NCBI GenBank assembly: GCA_041662745.1
Contig: JBAZRV010000004.1
Coordinates: 105,412-137,411, forward strand
Reading direction: 5' to 3'
Origin: Patescibacteria group bacterium
GTDB lineage: Bacteria; Patescibacteriota; Patescibacteriia; 2-01-FULL-39-33
Length of the DNA: 32,000 nucleotides
The notes under the pieces were generated by a model that was not told the DNA's origin, searched no databases, and saw nothing but the letters and a program-made list of their open reading frames with translations. Both the position numbers and the translations under genes were made by a program. Shown here in pieces: positions 1 to 7,069 of the stretch. Within the stretch, counting starts at the first letter, position 1; each line of letters opens with the position of its first letter.

Positions 1-110
1 CTGTCGCTGCTGGAACTGCTACTGCCCCAACCGCCACTGTCGCTGCTGGAACTGCTACCGCCCCAACCGCCACTGTCGCTGCTGGAACTGCTACTGCCCC
101 AGTCGCTCCA
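1..110 (-). repeat. In-frame 36-bp tandem repeat encoding about 12 aa (SSSSSDSGGWG[G/S])
   Basis: ctgtcgctgctggaactgctactgccccaaccgcca at 1-36, near-identical at 37-72, partial third copy from 73. Confidence 0.85.
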
Positions 111-1775
111 ACCGCTGCTGGAACTGCTACCGGAACTGTCGGAGTCAAAAGAAAACGATGATGTGCTCTGACTATCTTGGTAATCGTCGTAGGCTTTTTT
201 AGCCTTCCGACCAGTGTCATCAGCTAACTGATATGCTTGATCGGCATTAAACACAGCCGATTCGTAACGCCTGTCGGAAGCGTCACGGCGAGCTTGGGCC
301 AAATGGCTTTTAGCGGAATCAAAATCCGACTGAGCCGACGAAGAATGGCTGCCATAACTTTCAACACTATCTTCGTTGTCATCAATCATTCGTTCAGCTC
401 GGCGTTCTTGATTGGGCCAATCTAAACGATACGATTCTAAATCATCAACTCTCTTCGTGAACTGTAGCAAAAAACGATTGACCTGAGACAAATCACGATC
501 GCCATTGGTTATTTCCGAATCAGCCAATTTGTAATCTTGATCCTCGGTCGCAATTCTTTGGGCTTTAGCCAAGCGCTCCCTGACCCATGAAAGATCGTCG
601 CTGGCCAATGTTACATTGTCAGCCACTGGCGACCAAACGGTTTTCGCATGAAGATCAAGTTTGGCGCGGAGCTGCCGCGCCTGATTAAGGCCGTTTTGAG
701 CAGTCGCAATGTTAGAAGCCAAAATTGCAATATTATTCCTAACCTTCTCCGCCATTATTAGTTGCTGATCGGCCCCCCTAATCGCTTCGTTAGCCAACTC
801 AGCCGCCTTAAGCGCGTTGCTGTAAACCAAGGGCAGATCATATTTGCCCCCTTCAATAATTGCTTGCGAAGCCTCGGTGGCAACGGCAAACAACTGTTCC
901 GCTTGACGCAAATCGGCGTAAGGTTGCTTGAGCGCCTTAGCTGCCAATAGCGGGCCTTTGCCGACCAAATTGTCAAGATAACTGTTGGCCGACGAAATGC
1001 TGTTTTGAGCCGACACCAACCTGTCTTTCGCGTTGGCTTGCGCTTCTTGATAGAAGTCAAGATTGCTTGCCACTTTGGAAACAAAGGAGTCAATGGAGTC
1101 GACGAGCAAAGAGGTGGCGGTTAGCAAGTCGCGCGCTTGATTGGGATCACCCAACTGGTCGGAACTCTCAACCGGCAACAAATCGGAAATCTTTTTCAAA
1201 TTGCCGGAAGCCTTATCAAGACTGATTTTTGCTTCCGACAACTCTTCAAGATTTTGGGCTGCATACTTGGACAAGTACTGACTGCCCTCGCTGGACAACC
1301 TTTCCTTGGCCGAACCGTAAGCCCGATTCTTCTCCTCCCATCCCAGCTGAAGCTGGCTCAATTCCTGACGATCATCCTCGGTTACTTTTTCTATAGCCGC
1401 CAATTGTTCATTGGCGTTTTCCAACGCTCTCTGCGAAGCCTTGATAAATTTTTCGGCTTCAATAGCCTGCGCCTTCTTTTGCTTGGACTTGCCGGCCGCA
1501 TCCGCCTGCTTGATGTCTTCCTCAGCCTGACTGAGATTGATTCGCCCCAACTCAATTAAGTCGGAAATCGGGACTGAATATTCCGGTTTATACCAACTGG
1601 AAACAGTGCCGAATTCAGATTGGAATTGCTCAATAGCCAATGATTGCTCAATCGCCTCCTGCCTAACTCCGGCCAAACACTTGTCGGCCAGACGCTTAGG
1701 CGCGGACATGACCAGCCATAGGCCGGACATCATAGCGATAATCAACAGAATAATCAGGACTTTTGACTTGTTCAT
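1..1775 (-). CDS. Partial large coiled-coil, membrane-anchored or secreted protein with Ser/Gly/Trp-rich low-complexity tail; C-terminus beyond window
   Basis: Open frame on the minus strand from ATG at 1773-1775 (MNKSKVLIILLIIAIMMSGLWLVMSAPKRLADKC...) preceded by AGGAG, running off the window edge. N-terminal hydrophobic segment, long Ala/Glu/Gln-rich helical region, then SSSSSDSGGWG repeats. Absent from the ORF track, presumably because no stop codon lies in the window. Confidence 0.8.
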   Translation of the reverse strand, partial: MNKSKVLIILLIIAMMSGLWLVMSAPKRLADKCLAGVRQEAIEQSLAIEQFQSEFGTVSSWYKPEYSVPISDLIELGRINLSQAEEDIKQADAAGKSKQKKAQAIEAEKFIKASQRALENANEQLAAIEKVTEDDRQELSQLQLGWEEKNRAYGSAKERLSSEGSQYLSKYAAQNLEELSEAKISLDKASGNLKKISDLLPVESSDQLGDPNQARDLLTATSLLVDSIDSFVSKVASNLDFYQEAQANAKDRLVSAQNSISSANSYLDNLVGKGPLLAAKALKQPYADLRQAEQLFAVATEASQAIIEGGKYDLPLVYSNALKAAELANEAIRGADQQLIMAEKVRNNIAILASNIATAQNGLNQARQLRAKLDLHAKTVWSPVADNVTLASDDLSWVRERLAKAQRIATEDQDYKLADSEITNGDRDLSQVNRFLLQFTKRVDDLESYRLDWPNQERRAERMIDDNEDSVESYGSHSSSAQSDFDSAKSHLAQARRDASDRRYESAVFNADQAYQLADDTGRKAKKAYDDYQDSQSTSSFSFDSDSSGSSSSSGWSDWGSSSSSSDSGGWGGSSSSSDSGGWGSSSSSSD

Positions 1776-2131
1776 GGTACTTGATTCTCCTTTTGTTGCC
1801 GGTTAATTAAGTTGCCTCAAATTGAGATACCCTGAAAGACATTATAAAAACTATTAAATTTTAAGGTTCCCAGCCTAAAGAAACCAAAATTATAGCCACT
1901 TTAGAATTTTGCATTCTATCATATCCTTAATAATTTGTCAAATAAAAATACAACAAAAAGATGCGAGGGATTGAATAATTCAACCGCCTGGGGCATTTTA
2001 AGTCGAGACCAATCCGGCCGAAAACAGAAACAGATTTATGGTATTGTCATGAAGAGAGGGTAATCCGCGCTTTTTTGATTGAAAATATAACTGCTTTTTG
2101 TTAAACTAAAGAAGTTAACCCAACACGGTTT

Positions 2132-3163
2132 ATGCGCATAATCTACGGCTTGGCCGGTCAAGGATTCGGCCACAGCGCCCGCTCGCGGGAAATTCTTAGG
2201 CACTTAGCCGCCGCCGGCCACGACATTAAAGTTTTTACCTATGGCCAAGGGGCGTTTTTTTTGCACCATGATTTTGACGTCTTTGAAATCCCCGGATTAA
2301 CCTTAAGCTATAAAAACAACCGAGTCAGGTACTTCAAAACGCTGCTGGATAACACCAAAAAGGTTTATGGCCAAACGCGGCAATGGAACGGGATTAAGAA
2401 AGTTTTTAAAGACTTCGCGCCGGAACTGGTGATTACTGATTTTGAACCGCTAACGGCCTTACTGGCAAAAAAATTCCGCCTGCCCCTTGTTTCCATAGAT
2501 AACCAGCATCAATTGACCAACACTGAAATAAAAATCAGCCAGAAACATCTCAAAGATCTGATGACCGACAAAGCGATTATCAGGCTGGTTATCTGGAGCG
2601 CCAAGTATTACCTGATAACTTCATTTTTTAAAACCAAGGTAAAGAAAAAAAATACTTTTCTGTTTGCGCCGATTATCCGGCAGGAAGTATCGGATTTGCA
2701 ACCGGTCAAAGGCGATTACTTTTTGGTTTACGAAGGCGCCGATATGGGCCGGCTGACTGAATTGTTCAAGAGATTGCCGTACCAGTTCGTTATTTTCGGG
2801 CCGCAACGCCAAGGCGAAGAAGGCAATATTATTTTTAAGCATTTTGACACGCATGAGTGGTTGATGTATCTGAACCGCTGCCGCGCCGTTATCGGCACCG
2901 CCGGTTTAAGTTTATTGGGCGAAGCCATCTACCTTAAAAAACCCTATCTGGCCCTGCCGATTAAACGCCAAATTGAACAGCTGGTCAACGCGCAATATTT
3001 GCAACGGCTGGGCTACGGCCAATTCAGTTATGATTTAACCGGCGAAGAATTTGAGGATTTCGTCGCTCGGTTGCCTCAATATGAAGATAAATTGACTTTC
3101 GCCGATGCCTGTGGCAATGAAGAACTGTTCAAAAAGCTGGATGAGATCATTGCCGGCTTATAA
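2132..3163 (+). CDS. MJ1255/VC2487-like glycosyltransferase (UDP-glycosyltransferase / MurG-like fold)
   Basis: 343 aa, MRIIYGLAGQGFGHSARSREILRHLAAAGHDIKVFTYGQGA...; late motif AVIGTAGLSLLGEAIYLKKPYLALPIKRQIEQLVNAQYLQRLGYG typical of this family. Confidence 0.75.
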   Translation: MRIIYGLAGQGFGHSARSREILRHLAAAGHDIKVFTYGQGAFFLHHDFDVFEIPGLTLSYKNNRVRYFKTLLDNTKKVYGQTRQWNGIKKVFKDFAPELVITDFEPLTALLAKKFRLPLVSIDNQHQLTNTEIKISQKHLKDLMTDKAIIRLVIWSAKYYLITSFFKTKVKKKNTFLFAPIIRQEVSDLQPVKGDYFLVYEGADMGRLTELFKRLPYQFVIFGPQRQGEEGNIIFKHFDTHEWLMYLNRCRAVIGTAGLSLLGEAIYLKKPYLALPIKRQIEQLVNAQYLQRLGYGQFSYDLTGEEFEDFVARLPQYEDKLTFADACGNEELFKKLDEIIAGL

Positions 3164-3212
3164 ACCGATCTTGATTTTTTCAAATGACTGTGATAAAATA
3201 GTGAAAGATTTC

Positions 3213-3382
3213 GGGTCGTTAGCTCAACCAGTAGAGCAGTTACCTCTTAAGCAAACGGGTTGCCGTCTGGGCAACGGGCAGAAGCGAGACGAGCCGAAAG
3301 CGAAGTCGAGCGTTGATGAATGCGACCATAAGGAGCATTCAGTGCTACCCAGGAACGTCAGGTTCAAGAACCTGCGACATTA
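3213..3382 (+). ncRNA. Composite element A: degenerate 5' part of tRNA-Lys fused to a structured non-tRNA insert
   Basis: 3213-3258 matches the 5' part of the intact tRNA-Lys at 3401. Then hairpin GTTGCC/GGCAAC (3259-3264/3270-3275), GGGCAG...GCTACCC (3276-3281/3344-3350), GAC/GTC (3288-3290/3305-3307), GAATGC/GCATTC (3318-3323/3335-3340), GGAACG (3352-3357), CAGGTT/AACCTG (3359-3364/3369-3374). Confidence 0.65.
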
Positions 3383-3400
3383 AATGAAAAGAAAGATTTC

Positions 3401-3473
3401 GGGTCGTTAGCTCAGCTGGTAGAGCAGTTGCCTCTTAAGCAAACGGTCGCAGGTTCAAATCCTGCACGACCCA
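3401..3473 (+). tRNA. tRNA-Lys(CTT)
   Basis: GGGTCGT...ACGACCC acceptor, D-arm GCTC/GAGC, anticodon loop CTCTTAA, T-arm GCAGG TTCAAAT CCTGC, discriminator A. Confidence 0.95.
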
Positions 3474-3526
3474 CTAATGACGGAGGCGCACCAAAAGTGC
3501 GTCTCTAATCGTGTAAGCATCCGCAA

Positions 3527-3740
3527 GCACCCCTGGTGAAATGGATATCGCGACTGGCTTCGGACCAGTTATCGGGGGTCGCGAAGCGACAAGATAGCAA
3601 TGAACTGCGAGTTATGTCGGAAGACATAACGAGCGAGTGAATGCCGCCGAGGCGCCGGTGGCGCGGCGGCGCTATCCCTGGACAACGAATTGTTTCGTTT
3701 TCTGACGAAACAGTGAGGCGAAAAGAACCGCCAATAATAA
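3527..3740 (+). ncRNA. Composite element B: 5' part of tRNA-Arg(TCG) fused to a structured non-tRNA insert
   Basis: 3527-3577 nearly matches the 5' part of the intact tRNA at 3759. Then hairpins GTCGC/GCGAC (3578-3590), GATAGC...GCTATC (3593-3598/3671-3676), GTTATGTC/GACATAAC (3611-3618/3623-3630), GCCGCC...GGCGGC (3643-3648/3665-3670), TGTTTCGT/ACGAAACA. Right boundary uncertain. Confidence 0.6.
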
Positions 3741-3758
3741 TATAAACTAAAAATCTAA

Positions 3759-3830
3759 GCACCCATGGTGAAATGGATATCACGACTGGCTTCGGACCAG
3801 TTATTGGGGGTTCGAATCCCTCTGGGTGCA
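3759..3830 (+). tRNA. tRNA-Arg(TCG)
   Basis: GCACCCA...TGGGTGC acceptor, GTGA/TCAC D-arm, anticodon loop CTTCGGA in ACTGG/CCAGT stem, T-arm GGGGG TTCGAAT CCCTC. Confidence 0.93.
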
Positions 3831-3852
3831 TAATTAAAATTAAAACAAAACT

Positions 3853-4752
3853 ATGGCTATTTTCTGGATTATCCTTGCTATTTTTGTTCTGATCGTCTTG
3901 GTTTTTGCTTCCGCTTTCACCGTCCAGCAACAAACCGTGGCCGTCATTCAAAGATTCGGCAAATTCAAAAAAATGTCCCATTCCGGACTCAATCTGCGCC
4001 TTCCCCTGATTGACCACATTGCCGGTCATATCAGTTTGCGCATCAACCAATTGGACGTTAAAATTGAAACCAAAACCGAAGACAATGTCTTTGTCCATGT
4101 TACCGTTTCCGTGCAGTACCAGGTTTTGCCGGAAAAATTGTATGACGCTTTTTATAAATTAATCAACCCTAAAGAGCAGATTTCCTCTTACGTCTTTGAT
4201 ATTGTCCGCGCTCAAGTTCCGAAACTGAAACTGGACAATGTTTTTGAAAACAAAGATGAGATTGCCAATGCCGTTAACACCGAATTATCGCAAGCCATGT
4301 CTGACTTCGGCTACCAAATCATCAAATCGTTGGTTACTGATATTGAACCTGACGCCCAAGTCAAAGCGGCCATGAATGAAATCAATTCCGCTCAGCGCCT
4401 GCGCGTCGCCGCCCAGGAAAAAGGCGAGGCGGAAAAAGTTTTGATGGTAAAAAAGGCGGAAGCCGAATCAGAAAGCAAAAAATTGCAAGGCGAGGGCATC
4501 GCCAATCAGCGTCGCGCCATTATCAACGGCCTCAAGGAATCGGTTGACGATTTCCAAAAATCAATCAAAGGATCAACCGCCCATGATGTCATGAATCTGG
4601 TAATGGTCACTCAATATTTTGACACCCTGAAAGACATCGGCGCCTCTTCCAAGGCCAATGCCGTTTTCATCCCGCACTCTCCGGGAGCGGTTGCCGACTT
4701 AACGGCGCAAATCCGCGACGCCCTGTTGCAGGCCGACGGAGCCAAACAATAA
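3853..4752 (+). CDS. SPFH/Band 7 (stomatin/prohibitin-like) membrane protein
   Basis: 299 aa; N-terminal TM followed by TVQQQTVAVIQRFGKFKKMSHSGLNLRLPLID and the C-terminal AAQEKGEAEKVLMVKKAEAESESKKLQGEG helix. Confidence 0.9.
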   Translation: MAIFWIILAIFVLIVLVFASAFTVQQQTVAVIQRFGKFKKMSHSGLNLRLPLIDHIAGHISLRINQLDVKIETKTEDNVFVHVTVSVQYQVLPEKLYDAFYKLINPKEQISSYVFDIVRAQVPKLKLDNVFENKDEIANAVNTELSQAMSDFGYQIIKSLVTDIEPDAQVKAAMNEINSAQRLRVAAQEKGEAEKVLMVKKAEAESESKKLQGEGIANQRRAIINGLKESVDDFQKSIKGSTAHDVMNLVMVTQYFDTLKDIGASSKANAVFIPHSPGAVADLTAQIRDALLQADGAKQ

Positions 4753-4772
4753 GCTTAACAGTTCCAACCGAT

Positions 4773-4805
4773 AAAAACAGCCCGCTTTAACAGCGGGCTG
4801 TTTTA
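4773..4805 (+). terminator. Rho-independent terminator after the SPFH gene
   Basis: AAAACAGCCCGCT TTAA CAGCGGGCTGTTTT. Confidence 0.85.
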
Positions 4806-4896
4806 TTGACAAAAAAATCATTTATGATAAGCTGACTGAAGCTTAAAACTCATGAACTTAATGAATTGCAAAAATCAACCGGGGAGGATCAGCCAG

Positions 4897-5595
4897 ATGA
4901 ATATCGCTCATTACATTGACCACACCTTGCTTAAGCCGGATGCCACTGTTAGCCAAATTAAGGAGCTTTGTGAGGAGGCAAAACAATACAAATTTCATTC
5001 AGTCTGCGTTAATCCTTGCCGCGTCTATCAATGTTTGCAAGCCCTGTACGGCACTGGCGTTAAAATTTGCTCGGTAATCGGATTTCCCTTGGGCGCCAAC
5101 GACGTAAGAATAAAATTGGCAGAGGCAACAACTGCTCTTGACGACGGCGCCAATGAGCTTGATCTGGTAATCAACATCGGCTACCTTTTAAGCAATGATT
5201 TGCTCTTTATTACTGAAGAGATTGGTATGATTGCTAATGTGACCCATCGTAAGGGTTCTTTGCTTAAGGTTATTATTGAAACCGGACTCCTAACCGACGA
5301 ACAAAAAATCATCGCTTGCAAATTGGCGGCTCGGGCTGGAGCTGATTTCGTTAAAACCTGTACCGGTTTCAACGGCGGTCAAGCAACGCTTGAAGACATT
5401 AAATTAATGAGGGCTACAGTCGGCCCCAAAGTGAGAGTCAAGGCCTCGGGCAGTATCCGCGATTATGCCACGGCTATGGCCATGATTGAAGCTGGCGCCA
5501 GTCGTATCGGCACCTCCAGCGGAGTCAAAATTGCAATGGAAGAATTGGAAACGCTGGCCGACCGATTTAACGGTCGGTTAGAAGCTGGGGAATAG
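4897..5595 (+). CDS. deoC: Deoxyribose-phosphate aldolase
   Basis: MNIAHYIDHTLLKPDATVSQIKELCEEAKQYKFHSVCVNPCRV...FVKTCTGF...RVKASGSIRDY...GASRIGTSSG. Start moved from 4852 to 4897 because GGGGAGGA precedes that ATG. Confidence 0.95.
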   Translation: MNIAHYIDHTLLKPDATVSQIKELCEEAKQYKFHSVCVNPCRVYQCLQALYGTGVKICSVIGFPLGANDVRIKLAEATTALDDGANELDLVINIGYLLSNDLLFITEEIGMIANVTHRKGSLLKVIIETGLLTDEQKIIACKLAARAGADFVKTCTGFNGGQATLEDIKLMRATVGPKVRVKASGSIRDYATAMAMIEAGASRIGTSSGVKIAMEELETLADRFNGRLEAGE

Positions 5596-5601
5596 GACTT
5601 T

Positions 5602-5636
5602 AAAACGGCTCGCAAATGCAAGCCGTTTTTTATTTT
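5602..5636 (+). terminator. Rho-independent terminator after deoC
   Basis: AAAACGGCT...AGCCGTTTTTTATTTTTT. Confidence 0.85.
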
Positions 5637-5741
5637 TTAAAATCGGTTAAAATCTTGAGTCCCGTGTTTAGATAATTTAAAAGAGGCATAAACGACCCTG
5701 TTAAATTAATGCTCTATTCTTAAAATAGTCCGAACGCATTT

Positions 5742-5758
5742 CGCCGCCGCAGGCGGCG
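5742..5758. repeat. Short GC-rich perfect hairpin in intergenic DNA
   Basis: CGCCGCC GCA GGCGGCG, with a second GC-rich patch GGCGGCGGAGCCGCACCGC about 30 nt downstream. Confidence 0.5.
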
Positions 5759-5841
5759 AGGAATTCCCCCCGCGAAAATATGAAAAGGCGGCGGAGCCGC
5801 ACCGCTAACAATTTCAAGTTTTTCTTAGACGACAAATTATA

Positions 5842-5886
5842 AAAAAAATAGGCCACCTACCCGCTGTACGAGTAAATGGCCTATGA
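5842..5886 (-). terminator. Putative terminator for the minus-strand gene at 5893
   Basis: On minus: ATAGGCCA...TGGCCTAT followed by TTTTTTT. Confidence 0.6.
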
Positions 5887-5892
5887 AATGGC

Positions 5893-6417
5893 CTAAGTCG
5901 GTTGATTAGCGACCGAGAGGAGCAACTCTTCAATTCGATCGCCGTAGTCAAGAAGAAGATGTTCAAATCCTTTCTCGCCGTAGTCAAGAATTTTCAAACG
6001 AACACCGTCGTAAGAAAAATTCTCTTTGCGGTCAAAGGTGTGTGAACACGGCAATAGTGCTTTTAGATACTCACGATCGCCGGTTCTGTAAACCTTTTCG
6101 GTCAATTCATCGCCACCAAAAGTGAAATTGCTTACTCCGTTCTCCCGATGGTAGATATTAACGAAAATGAGAGGGAGATAAAGACGGGCGAGCAATTTGT
6201 GCCTTGTGTGAAGATAGCAAACCGCTTCACGCATATTCTCCATGACCCCGCCGAGAACTATCATCTTGAAAAAGCACCAGCTTAACCAGAATCGCTTCCG
6301 ATATTTGATAACATCTTCAAAAATAAGGGTGAAAAAATGAATAAGCCTCACTCTTGGTATTTTTATAACAACAGGTCCGATTACACAGACATACCTATGA
6401 ACGCCGATGTACCACAT
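5893..6417 (-). CDS. Hypothetical protein, possibly a compact atypical kinase-like fold
   Basis: Start placed at MWYIGVHRYVCVIGPVVIKIPRVR (GAGGTG upstream) because the longer ORF start overlaps tRNA-Leu. Contains GPVVIKIP and YDGVRLKILDYGEKG. Confidence 0.55.
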   Translation of the reverse strand: MWYIGVHRYVCVIGPVVIKIPRVRLIHFFTLIFEDVIKYRKRFWLSWCFFKMIVLGGVMENMREAVCYLHTRHKLLARLYLPLIFVNIYHRENGVSNFTFGGDELTEKVYRTGDREYLKALLPCSHTFDRKENFSYDGVRLKILDYGEKGFEHLLLDYGDRIEELLLSVANQPT

Positions 6418-6551
6418 TTTTTTCACCTCTTTTCCGCCTGGTTTAAAATGTACGTTTCTAATTAAACCCGCTTTAAGCTTAATGACCCATTGTACACTTT
6501 TCTCTGAAAAAGTCAACCGCAACAACAAAAACGTAAATTCACCATAATTAG

Positions 6552-6634
6552 TGCCCAAGGTGAGACTCGAACTCACACGGCCTTGCGACCAACAGATTTT
6601 AAGTCTGTCGTGTATACCATTTCACCACTTGGGC
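6552..6634 (-). tRNA. tRNA-Leu(TAA)
   Basis: GCCCAAG...CTTGGGC acceptor, loop CTTAAAA, long variable arm, T-arm GTGAG TTCGAGT CTCAC. Confidence 0.93.
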
Positions 6635-6719
6635 TCACAAAAAAAGAAATTAAGAAAAAAGAAATAAACAGTATCGGTCCTTAATTTCTAATTTCTCAAT
6701 TTCTAATTTCTTTCATCTA

Positions 6720-6793
6720 AGCGGCGAAAGGGATTCGAACCCTCGACCTCTTCCTTGGCAAGGAAGCGTTCTAGCCAACTGAACTACCGCCGC
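6720..6793 (-). tRNA. tRNA-Gly(GCC)
   Basis: GCGGCGG...TCGCCGC, CTTCC TTGCCAA GGAAG, GAGGG TTCGAAT CCCTT. Confidence 0.93.
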
Positions 6794-6815
6794 ACAATAA
6801 AATATAAAGTAACTT

Positions 6816-6986
6816 TTCCGCCACAGAGGTCGACCAAAGGTCGTTCCGGGGCAGCGCTGAATGCTCCTGATGGTCGCATTCATCGGCACTCGATTTCGCT
6901 TTCAGCTCATCTCGTTGCTGCCCGTTCAGATTACTGAACCCTCTTCCTTGGCAAGGAAGCGTTCTAGCCAACTGAACTACCGCCGC
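6816..6986 (-). ncRNA. Composite element C: 5' part of tRNA-Gly fused to a structured non-tRNA insert
   Basis: Minus strand: GCGGCGGTAGTTCAG...TTGCCAAGGAAGAG matches the intact tRNA-Gly; then GTTCAG/CTGAAC (6934-6939/6924-6929), GGGCAGC/GCTGCCC (6917-6923/6849-6855), GAATGC/GCATTC (6876-6881/6859-6864), GGAACG and CGACC/GGTCG (6831-6843). Confidence 0.65.
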
Positions 6987-7069
6987 ACAAATACCAATCA
7001 AATACGACTAAAACGAACATCGGTATTTTAACAAAAAATATCGCCTAAGTCAAGAGCGCTTTTTATAAC

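Noticed and set aside
3213-3382. Composite A as a functional intron-containing tRNA-Lys
   Set aside because: The 3' portion (CAGGTTCAAGAACCTGCGACAT) lacks a proper T-loop and full acceptor complement to GGGTCGT, D-loop GG is lost, and the insert is too short and lacks recognisable group I core motifs.
3105-3383. ORF of 92 aa (+) overlapping glycosyltransferase end and composite A
   Set aside because: Runs through a tRNA-like region and has no ribosome-binding site. Its similarity to ORF 6771..7001 (QKRDEPKAKSSVDECDHKEHSVLPRN vs QQRDELKAKSSADECDHQEHSALPRN) is a by-product of RNA-level conservation, since the insert is gap-free.
3505-4098. 197-aa minus ORF across tRNA-Arg and the SPFH gene start
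   Set aside because: Antisense to a tRNA and a well-supported SPFH gene; translation contains tRNA-derived peptide strings.
6636-6719. TTTCTAATTTCTCAATTTCTAATTTC short repeat between tRNA-Leu and tRNA-Gly
   Set aside because: Simple AT-rich low-complexity spacer; no evidence for function.
6755-7001. ORFs 6755..6937 and 6771..7001 as genes
   Set aside because: They overlap tRNA-Gly and composite C; no plausible start signals.
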